A stretch of 64,000 nt of DNA from an uncultured Verrucomicrobiae bacterium (lineage in GTDB: Bacteria > Verrucomicrobiota > Verrucomicrobiia > Chthoniobacterales > Chthoniobacteraceae): contig CAVYKI010000012.1 of the NCBI GenBank assembly GCA_963769025.1, positions 32,001 through 96,000 of the forward strand, given 5' to 3'. Below, piece by piece: positions 30,227 through 38,208 of the stretch (positions are counted from its first letter, which is position 1; each line of letters begins with the position of its first letter). The notes beneath the pieces were generated by a model that was not told the DNA's origin, did no database searches, and saw only the letters and a program-made list of their open reading frames with translations. The position numbers and the translations under genes were made by a program.

Positions 30227-31063
30227 GTGCGTTTCGGCCACCTTTTTTCGATTCCAACCCTCGCGTTCCTTTTCTTTGCGAACCATCTGTCCGCCGCGAC
30301 CACGGTTCCATGCCAGTTCCGGGACGGCATGGTGTGGCTGAAAGTTGCCGTCGCGGGAAAGAGCGAGCCGCTGAATTTCCTGCTCGATTCCGGTGCCGGC
30401 GCAAGCGTGCTCGATCTGGCCGCCGCGGGACGCCTCGGGCTGAAACTCGGCGCCAGCCAGCACGTGCAGGGCGTCCACAGCCGCAGCGTCGCCTACCGCG
30501 TGGAAGGCTTCGCCGCCCGCACCGCCGGGGTGGAAATTCCCTCCTCGCTGCTCGCCATCGACCTGAGCGGGCCCAGCCGCGCGTGCCACCAGCGCATCGA
30601 CGGCCTGCTGGGAGCCGACTTCTTCCGCGACCACATCGTGCAGATCGACTACGCGGCGCGCGCGATCCGACTCTTGCAGCGCAGCGAAGTGAGCACCGAA
30701 GGCTGTGAAGTGCTCCCGCTCACGACTCGCAACGACGCATTTTGCGCGCGCGTCTCCGTGAATGGAAACTCCCGCGAATGGCTGCGCATCGACACGGGTT
30801 GTAGCACCGCGCTCGAATGGGTCGTGACCGGCGACCGGGCCAAAAAGCTCGGCCTCACCACGCTCGGCCTCAATCGCGGATCGGTGCGCGAAATCCAGAC
30901 GGACGTGCAACTCGGTGCGACACGCATCGCCTCCGTCAGGACCGGCGTCCACACCAGCCAGATGTTTGCCGACGAAGCGGGGCTGATCGGCAACGGCCTG
31001 CTTTCCCGCTTCACCGTCACCATCGACGCCGCGCGGCGCCGCTGCCTCCTCGGCCCCCGCTGA
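30227..31063 (+). CDS. Secreted two-domain retropepsin-like aspartyl protease
   Basis: FLLDSGA and IDTGC catalytic motifs, GLLGADFF and GLIGNGLL; the start codon is uncertain. Confidence 0.85.
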   Translation: MRFGHLFSIPTLAFLFFANHLSAATTVPCQFRDGMVWLKVAVAGKSEPLNFLLDSGAGASVLDLAAAGRLGLKLGASQHVQGVHSRSVAYRVEGFAARTAGVEIPSSLLAIDLSGPSRACHQRIDGLLGADFFRDHIVQIDYAARAIRLLQRSEVSTEGCEVLPLTTRNDAFCARVSVNGNSREWLRIDTGCSTALEWVVTGDRAKKLGLTTLGLNRGSVREIQTDVQLGATRIASVRTGVHTSQMFADEAGLIGNGLLSRFTVTIDAARRRCLLGPR

Positions 31064-31124
31064 GCCCCCTCAGCGCCCAACCCTTTTCTTCCGGGTCACG
31101 GCAGATTTGCCTCCGCCGTGAGGC

Positions 31125-32672
31125 CTACTTCAGCCAGCCGATGATGTCCTCGCGCAGCTTGGCGGCGTCCTTGTCGAGGAGGTACATCATGTGGCCGCTG
31201 TCGTAGGTTTTGATGGTGATGTTCGCGCGAAGGCTGTCGGGGATGGGGAGGTGGTTCAGCGAGTAGTTCATCGCGTCGGGCGGGACGGCGAGATCGCGCA
31301 GGCCCTGGCAGACGAGGACGCGGAGGAGCGGATTCGTCTTCATCGCATCGGCGAGGCGCGGCTCGAGGCTCGCGTAGCGGTTCGAGAAGCGGGAGTAATT
31401 CCACGGCAGCCCGGCGAGGATGCGGTAGGGCTGGTCGTTTTCGTAGCCGAGCACGCCGCGCGTGTAGGCGTTCGCCGCGGCGCTGAACGGGCCGACGATG
31501 AAGGTGTAGCTCGGGTCGAATTCCGGGCGCGGATCGGACGGGTCGGCATCCTCGGCGACGACGCGGCCATCGAAGCGGCCGATGATTTTTCCCTCCTTCT
31601 TCAGCAGCGCCTTGCGGAACGCGCTCGGCGAGACACGCAGGTCGTTGTCCTCGACGAGCTGCTGCGGGAGGCCGGTGAAGCGCGCGAGTTTCCCGGCGAT
31701 GGCGCGGCGTTCGTCCGCGGGCAGCGTGCTGCCTTTGAGCAAAGCGGTCGCGTATTCGCCGAAGGCAAACGTGCGGACCTCGGCGAGCGTCTTGTCGAGG
31801 TTCGCGGAAAGTTCGGGCGCGAGCTTGCCGTGGAACGCGGCGGTGGCGGTGAGCGTCGGCAGGAAGCAGAGGAAGGGCAGATCGTTCGCGGTGTCGGGGC
31901 CGAGCGTCTGGAAGTTGAGCAGGCCGCTGACGATGATTACGCCGTTCAGATACATGCCGTGTTTGCTTTGCAGGAAATCCGCGAGGCCCGCGGCGCGGAT
32001 GCCGCCGTAGCTTTCGCCGCAGAGGAATTTCGGCGACATCCAGCGCTGCTCGCGCGTGGCGAAGAGCCGGATGAATTCACCGCACGCCTCGACGTCTTCC
32101 TCCACGCCCCAGAATTGCTCGCCCTTCTCGCCCTTCGCCGGCCGGCTCGCTCCGGTGCCGACGGGATCGATGAAGACGAGATCGGCGACATCGAGGATGC
32201 TCATCGGGTTGTCGGTGATTTTTCCGAGTACCTCGGGTGTGCGACCGTCGGGCGGGAGCGAGATTTTTTTCGGGCCAAGTCCGCCGAAGTGCAGCCACAC
32301 GGCGCTGCTGCCGGGCCCGCCGTTGAAGCAGAAAATGATCGGGCGCGCGGTGTCGGCGGAGGCGAGCGGCTTCCCGTCCTTCCCGGTGCGCGCGTAGTAC
32401 ACGAAGAACACGTCCGCACGCGTCGCGCCGTCGTCCTTCAGCAGCGGAAGCGTGCCGGTCTTCGTGGCATAGGTGACCTCGGCGCCCGCGATGGTCACGC
32501 TGCCCTTGCCCTCCTTCGGCTTCTGCTCCTTGGGCTTTTCGTCCTTCTTGTCGTCCTTCTTTTCCGCAGGTGCGTCCTTTTTCTCCTCGGGCTTTGGCTC
32601 GTCGGCACGCAGCGGCGATGCGGCGAGTGCCGCGGAGAAGATGGCGACGAGGGGGAGCGGGAGTTTGAACAT
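31125..32672 (-). CDS. Peptidase S10 serine carboxypeptidase, exported
   Basis: FNGGPGSS, VFIDPVGTG, GESYGG, YDSGHMMY; signal peptide. Confidence 0.93.
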   Translation of the reverse strand: MFKLPLPLVAIFSAALAASPLRADEPKPEEKKDAPAEKKDDKKDEKPKEQKPKEGKGSVTIAGAEVTYATKTGTLPLLKDDGATRADVFFVYYARTGKDGKPLASADTARPIIFCFNGGPGSSAVWLHFGGLGPKKISLPPDGRTPEVLGKITDNPMSILDVADLVFIDPVGTGASRPAKGEKGEQFWGVEEDVEACGEFIRLFATREQRWMSPKFLCGESYGGIRAAGLADFLQSKHGMYLNGVIIVSGLLNFQTLGPDTANDLPFLCFLPTLTATAAFHGKLAPELSANLDKTLAEVRTFAFGEYATALLKGSTLPADERRAIAGKLARFTGLPQQLVEDNDLRVSPSAFRKALLKKEGKIIGRFDGRVVAEDADPSDPRPEFDPSYTFIVGPFSAAANAYTRGVLGYENDQPYRILAGLPWNYSRFSNRYASLEPRLADAMKTNPLLRVLVCQGLRDLAVPPDAMNYSLNHLPIPDSLRANITIKTYDSGHMMYLLDKDAAKLREDIIGWLK

Positions 32673-32772
32673 GGCGGAGAACAGACACCAGAAGGCGGCA
32701 TCCGCTCAATCACCATCGCATCCGCCGGAACTCGGGCGCGACTTTGCCGCGCCGTGCGGGTTCATGTGCGGA

Positions 32773-33372
32773 ATGAAACGCCTGCTCCCCCTCCTCCTCG
32801 CCCTCGCCACCGCCACATCCCTGCGCGCCGCGGACCAGCCCATCGACATCGAACGCGCGAAGGAGCTCTTCCAGCGCTCGCAGTCCGGCGGGAAGCTGAC
32901 GGACGACGAACAGAAATACCTCGACGAGGCGAAGCGCCAGCGCGCGGGTGGCGGCGACGCGATGCGGGAGAAAATGAGGGGCATCGAGGAGAAGATGGAT
33001 CGCGGCGAGACGCTGACCGAAGAGGAACGGAAGCTCGTGGAGGAATTCCGCAAACGCGCGGCCAGCCAGCCCGGCGGCGCGGAGATGGAACGCGCGCGTT
33101 CGCTTTTCGAGAAAAAGCAGCGCGGCGAAACGCTGACTGCGGACGAGGAAAAGCTCCTCGGTGAAATGCAGGCGCGCCGCATGGCCGCGGAGCAGGCGGC
33201 TGGAAAGCCCGGTGAATTCACGTGGCCGAGGGCGCAGGCGGCGCACGCGAAGGAGCAGCGCGGCGACACGCTCACGGATGACGAGAAGAAGCTGCTCGCC
33301 GAGGCGCGGAAGCGCTTTGAGGAAGGCCGCGGGCCGGATCAGGAACCGGCAACGCCAAAGCGACCGCAATAA
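32773..33372 (+). CDS. Secreted all-helical protein with four internal repeats
   Basis: Signal peptide MKRLLPLLLALATATSLRA; four G[ED/G][TK]LT..E.K units. Confidence 0.75.
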   Translation: MKRLLPLLLALATATSLRAADQPIDIERAKELFQRSQSGGKLTDDEQKYLDEAKRQRAGGGDAMREKMRGIEEKMDRGETLTEEERKLVEEFRKRAASQPGGAEMERARSLFEKKQRGETLTADEEKLLGEMQARRMAAEQAAGKPGEFTWPRAQAAHAKEQRGDTLTDDEKKLLAEARKRFEEGRGPDQEPATPKRPQ

Positions 33373-33481
33373 TCCCGCCGCGACCGTTCCCCACGATCCC
33401 GCCTACGAAGCGCGGCGCTTGGGGATTGCACCCTGCGACCCTTTCCGAGACAAACCCCTCCCCTTCCCACACCAACCAGCC

Positions 33482-34710
33482 ATGAAACTCGCAGCCGTTC
33501 TCCTCACCCTCTCCCTCCCCGCGCTCGCAGCCGACTGGCCGCAATGGCGCGGGCCGAACCGCGACGAAAGCTCGACGGAAACCGGCCTCCTCAAACAGTG
33601 GCCGGCGAGCGGGCCGAAAAGCGTGTGGGTCTTTGAAAACGCCGGCCAGGGCTACAGCGGCTTCGCGGTCGCGGCGGGCAAGCTCTTCACGCTCGGCACG
33701 CGCGACGGGAAGGAAATCCTCCTCGCGCTCGATGCGAACACCGGCAAGGAACTCTGGGCCTCGCCGATCGGCGACATCCTCGGCAACGGCTGGGGCGACG
33801 GCCCGCGCAGCAGCCCGACGGTGGACGGCGACCGCGTCTATGCGCTCGCCGGAAAGGGAAATCTCGTCTGCGCGCAGGTGACGGACGGCAAGGTGCTGTG
33901 GACAAAATCCATGCACGATCTCGGCGGCAAGACGCCCGGCTGGGGATACTCGGAATCGCCGCTCGTCGACGGCAAGCTCGTCGCTCGCCACCCCCGGCGG
34001 CGACAAGGGCACCGTGGCGGCCCTCGACAAAATGACCGGCGCGCTCGTCTGGCAGAGCGCCGACATCACCGAGGGCGCGCAGTATTCGTCCATCATCCCC
34101 GCGACCATCAACGGCAAGAAGCAATACGTGCAGCTCGTGATGCAGACGCTCTTCGGCGTGGACGCCGCGACGGGCAAACTCATCTGGCGCGCGCCCTGGT
34201 CCGCGGGCCGCACGGCGGTCATCCCGACGCCCATCGTGAAGGGCGACGAGGTCTTCATCAGCAGCGGCTACGGCGCGGGCTGCATGAAGGTGAAAGTGAA
34301 CGGCAGCGAGGCTCCCGTCGTCTTCATGAACAAGGATCTCGAAAACCACCACGGCGGCGTGATCCTCGATGGCGGCTACCTTTACGGCCACAGCAAGGAC
34401 GGCTGGACGTGCATGGACTGGACCGACGGCAGCGTGAAGTGGAAGGAAAAGGGCGCGCTCGGCAAAGGCGCCATCAGCCATGCCGACGGGATGTTTTACT
34501 GCCTCGACGAAAGGAGCGGCAACGTCGCGCTCATCGAGGCGTCGCCGAAGGCCTGGAGCGAGAAAGGGCGCTTCAAACTCGATCCGCAGTCGAGCATCCG
34601 CAGCCCGAAGGGCGCCATCTGGACGCACCCCGTCATCGCGAACGGCAAGCTGTATCTGCGCGACCAGAATCTCATCCACTGCTACGACGTGAAGACGGCC
34701 GACGCCGTAA
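33482..34710 (+). CDS. PQQ-like beta-propeller repeat protein; frameshift near 33983 and probably near 34700, so the end is approximate
   Basis: ADWPQWRGPNRD, GPRSSPTVDGDRVY, YSESPLVDG, WTHPVIANGKLYLRD. Confidence 0.85.
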
Positions 34711-34743
34711 TCCACCTCGGAAAACCTCACCCATATCCAACCC

Positions 34744-35259
34744 ATGAAACTCCTCACCTCCATCCTCGCCACCGCAGCCCTCACCTCGTTCACCTTCGCC
34801 GCGGATGCGCCGCTCGCCGTCGGCGCCGCTGCGCCCGCGCCCAGCGCGAAGGATCAGGACGCGAAGACTGTGAACTTCAAGGACGTTTACGCAAAAGGCG
34901 CGACGCTCGTGTATTTCTACCCGAAGGCGGACACCGGCGGCTGCACGAAGCAGGGCTGCTCGCTCCGCGACAATTGGGACGCGCTCACGAAGAAAGGCAT
35001 CCAGGTGCTCGGCGTGAGCGGCGACAAGCCCGAGGCGCAAAAGGCGTTCCGCGACAAGAACACGTTTCCCTTCCCGCTCATCGCAGACGATGACGGCAAG
35101 GTCGCCGCGGCCTTTGGCGTGCCCGCGATGAAGCCGGGCATCTACAAGCGCACCTCGTTCCTCGTGAAGGACGGCAAGATCGCCTGGAACATGACCGAAA
35201 AGACCACCACGGAGACGCACGCCGCCGACGTGATCAAGGCGGTCGAGTCGCTGAAGTAG
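34744..35259 (+). CDS. Peroxiredoxin (BCP/PrxQ type) with signal peptide
   Basis: YFYPKADTGGCTKQGC, VLGVSGD, FPLIADDDG, RTSFLV. Confidence 0.9.
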   Translation: MKLLTSILATAALTSFTFAADAPLAVGAAAPAPSAKDQDAKTVNFKDVYAKGATLVYFYPKADTGGCTKQGCSLRDNWDALTKKGIQVLGVSGDKPEAQKAFRDKNTFPFPLIADDDGKVAAAFGVPAMKPGIYKRTSFLVKDGKIAWNMTEKTTTETHAADVIKAVESLK

Positions 35260-35363
35260 CGGAATCCCAGCGGCGGAAAACGCGGGCGCATTCGGGCGTT
35301 GCGCGAGGGCTATCCGCGGGCAATATCCCGCGAACCCCTCCCCTGCCCGCGCATCACATTCCC

Positions 35364-36719
35364 GTGAAGACCCTCCGCACCCTCGCAATCCTCGCCGCGC
35401 TCCTCGTCGCCCCGCCGCTGCTGCGCGCGCAGACTTCCGGCTCCGCGTCCACCGCTCCGGGGGTGATGCTCGACGCGCTCATCACGGGCGAAAATCCGTG
35501 GGAGGTGACCCCGGAGCAATTTGAGACGACCTTCAAGACATCGCGCCCGCAGTGGCTCACGGCGCAAAAGGATCAGGCGCGGCTCTTCGGGAATTACGGG
35601 CTGTGGGCCGGCGCGATTCCGGTGAAGGAGGCGGTGGTCGAGTTTCAAGGCGGAAAACTGGCCCGCGTGAACCTCTCGATTTTCAATCGCGGCGACAGCG
35701 GCAGCGGTTTCGCGAGCCGCGCCGAGTTTGAAAAGCAGCTCGAGGCATTCAAGGCGACCATCACCTCGAAGGTCGGCGCGCAACCCGTGGATCTCGGCCG
35801 GCAAAGTGCCAGCGCGGTGAAGGCGATGGGATTTTCATGGTCGAAGGCGCCGTCCATTTACCTCCTCGAATACAGCTACCAAAAGGACGCGAAGGCAACA
35901 GGCGTACAGTTCAAGCCGGAGTTTGTGCGGCTCCGCGCCGCGCCTTTGCCAAAGCAGCTCGGCCTCGGCTCGGCGGTCGCTTCCGCGCCGTCCGCCGGCC
36001 AGCGCGTGAGCAAGGCCTCGCTGCTCGCAAACATCACGAAGGATCCTGGCGGCGACGTGTTCATCAAGAACGTGCCGATGGTGGACCAGGGGCCGAAGGG
36101 CTACTGCGCCGTCGCGACCGCGGAGCGCGTCTTCCGATACTTCGGCATGCCCGTGGACCAGCACGAGATGGCGCAAATCGCCAACACCGGCGCCGGCGGC
36201 GGCACGAATCCCGATGCGATGCTCAAGGCGCTCACCGCGCTGCAGGGCCGGCTTCACGTCCGCGTGCGCGCGATTTCGAGCTGGGACTATGCGGAGTTCA
36301 GCCGGATGATCGCGGACTACAACCGCGAGGCGAAGCGGAACAAGAAGACGGAGATCAACCTCGCAGGCATGCGCACGATCGACATCGGAGCGATCTACGC
36401 TTCCATGGATCCCGATTCGCTGAAGGAGTCGAAGACGGTGAAAAAGAAGGGCGACTTCGAGAAGTTCAAGCGCGCAGTCTTCGAGAAAATCGACCAGGGA
36501 ATCCCCGTGATGTGGAGCGTGTCGCTGGGCCTGTATCCGGAGGCGGAGATCCCGCAGGCACGGGGTGGCCACATGCGGCTCATCATCGGCTACAACAACA
36601 AGTCGAACGAACTCATCTACTCCGACTCGTGGGGCGCTCAGCACGCGATGAAACGGATGCCGAGCGATAACGCCTTCTCGATGACGACCGGGCTCTACTA
36701 CATGGCGCCCTTCGAATAG
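35364..36719 (+). CDS. Secreted protein with C-terminal C39-like papain-fold cysteine peptidase
   Basis: VPMVDQGPKGYCAVAT, GGHMRLIIGY, YSDSWG; signal peptide. Confidence 0.8.
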   Translation: MKTLRTLAILAALLVAPPLLRAQTSGSASTAPGVMLDALITGENPWEVTPEQFETTFKTSRPQWLTAQKDQARLFGNYGLWAGAIPVKEAVVEFQGGKLARVNLSIFNRGDSGSGFASRAEFEKQLEAFKATITSKVGAQPVDLGRQSASAVKAMGFSWSKAPSIYLLEYSYQKDAKATGVQFKPEFVRLRAAPLPKQLGLGSAVASAPSAGQRVSKASLLANITKDPGGDVFIKNVPMVDQGPKGYCAVATAERVFRYFGMPVDQHEMAQIANTGAGGGTNPDAMLKALTALQGRLHVRVRAISSWDYAEFSRMIADYNREAKRNKKTEINLAGMRTIDIGAIYASMDPDSLKESKTVKKKGDFEKFKRAVFEKIDQGIPVMWSVSLGLYPEAEIPQARGGHMRLIIGYNNKSNELIYSDSWGAQHAMKRMPSDNAFSMTTGLYYMAPFE

Positions 36720-36811
36720 GGTTGCTCCGTTGGCGCCATCGCCAAATGCACGACTTTGGTCCCCGATTTCCGCATCCATCGCGGGCCGCGGAACGTCACG
36801 CGATCAAGCGT

Positions 36812-37183
36812 TCAGGCGGCGACCCGCACCAGGACTTGCCTCACCGTCGCGAGCAAGACGTCGATGTCCACCGGCTTCGAGAGAAAGTGACAGCCGCCGC
36901 GCAAACCGCCTTCCTGCATTGTCACGAGTGATGTGACGAAAATGACCGGCGTGGCTGAAAGCTCCGGAGCGGCGCCCAGTTCCGCCGCGATGCCGCCGCC
37001 ATCCTTGCCCGGCATGTCCACATCGAGAAGGGCGAGGTGCGGGCGGAATTCCCGCGCTGCGGTGAGTGCGGCGAAAGAGCGGTTTTCTTCCCGTACCTCG
37101 TACCCGTTCTTCCGGAGAATGCAGCCCAGCAAAGCCGAGATTCTCGCGTCGTCGTCAACTATCAGGATTCGCTTTTTGCTCAT
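36812..37183 (-). CDS. Single-domain response regulator
   Basis: ILIVDDD, LLDVDMPGKDG, FVTS, SKPV. Confidence 0.88.
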   Translation of the reverse strand: MSKKRILIVDDDARISALLGCILRKNGYEVREENRSFAALTAAREFRPHLALLDVDMPGKDGGGIAAELGAAPELSATPVIFVTSLVTMQEGGLRGGCHFLSKPVDIDVLLATVRQVLVRVAA

Positions 37184-37511
37184 GCCAGCGATCCAAGCAG
37201 GCGCCATTCACAGGCGGGTTGGCGGAAATCGGTATTTGTCAGGAGGGAAAATCCCGGGAGCGAATCCAACCCGTGTCCATAAATGCGTTGCGCGTCCTTC
37301 CCGAGCGGACGAATTCTTAAATGCGGATTGTTCCCATGACTCAGCACTGGACATTTTTTTGGGGGGTGAGCACCGGGTTCCGTGTGATTCAGAACCGCAG
37401 CCGGACCGGGAGCAGGCGGCCCCGACATGCCCCAGCCGGTGTGAAACACAGTGTCATAGGCATGTCACTCATCGTCTGTTCACACCCGCGATAGTATCCA
37501 CACTCACGTAG

Positions 37512-38192
37512 ATGAAGATGAAACCTGTCGAATTCAAATCCTCCTTTGGCAATGCGGTCAAAATGACCCGCTCGGAGCTGCATTTCTCGCAGGAAGAACT
37601 GGCGGATCGCGCAGGACTTCACCGCACCTATGTGTCCGACGTGGAACGCGGCAGGAGGAACATTTCCTTGGAGAACATCCAGAAGCTGGCCAAAGCGCTC
37701 AACCTCTCCGCGTCGGCGCTTTTCCAGCGTGCAAATGACGGCAATGGAAGCGCGCACCCGGTGGCAATCCTGCTCGTCGAGGATGAACCCGCGGACTTGG
37801 AACTGGCGCTGCGGGCCTTCAAGAAGGCGAAGATCACGAATCCGGTGCATGTCGCGCGGGATGGAGCTGCCGCGTTGGAATTCATCTTCGAGCCCACGCG
37901 CGTGGACGAATGGCACAATCAATCCTCGCTCTTGATTTTGCTCGACCTCGCTCTGCCGAAAGTGAGCGGCCTGGAGGTGCTGAGACGCATCAAAGCAGAC
38001 CCCCGCACGCGCGGGCTTCCGGTGATTGTGCTGACGGCTTCGCAGCAGGATCGCGACGTCGCGGAGTGCCGGCGACTGGGCGTCTCCAATTACATTGTGA
38101 AGCCGGTGGGCTTCCGGAATTTCAGCGAGATCACTCCCGGTCTTGAACTGGAATGGACCCTGACGAGGTCTTCGGGCCACCGGGCAGCATGA
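37512..38192 (+). CDS. XRE (Cro/C1) HTH fused to an Rcp1-like receiver domain
   Basis: SQEELADRAGLHRTYVSDVERGRRNISL followed by LLVEDE, LLDLALPKVSG, VLTAS, YIVKPV. Confidence 0.9.
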   Translation: MKMKPVEFKSSFGNAVKMTRSELHFSQEELADRAGLHRTYVSDVERGRRNISLENIQKLAKALNLSASALFQRANDGNGSAHPVAILLVEDEPADLELALRAFKKAKITNPVHVARDGAAALEFIFEPTRVDEWHNQSSLLILLDLALPKVSGLEVLRRIKADPRTRGLPVIVLTASQQDRDVAECRRLGVSNYIVKPVGFRNFSEITPGLELEWTLTRSSGHRAA

Positions 38193-38208
38193 GGAGAGCA
38201 CGCCGGAA

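Noticed and set aside
34014..35093. PQQ propeller reading through over the peroxiredoxin gene
   Set aside because: Propeller homology ends at HCYDVK (about 34695); the remainder is an off-frame overlap of the peroxiredoxin, so a further indel before TAA 34708 is more likely.
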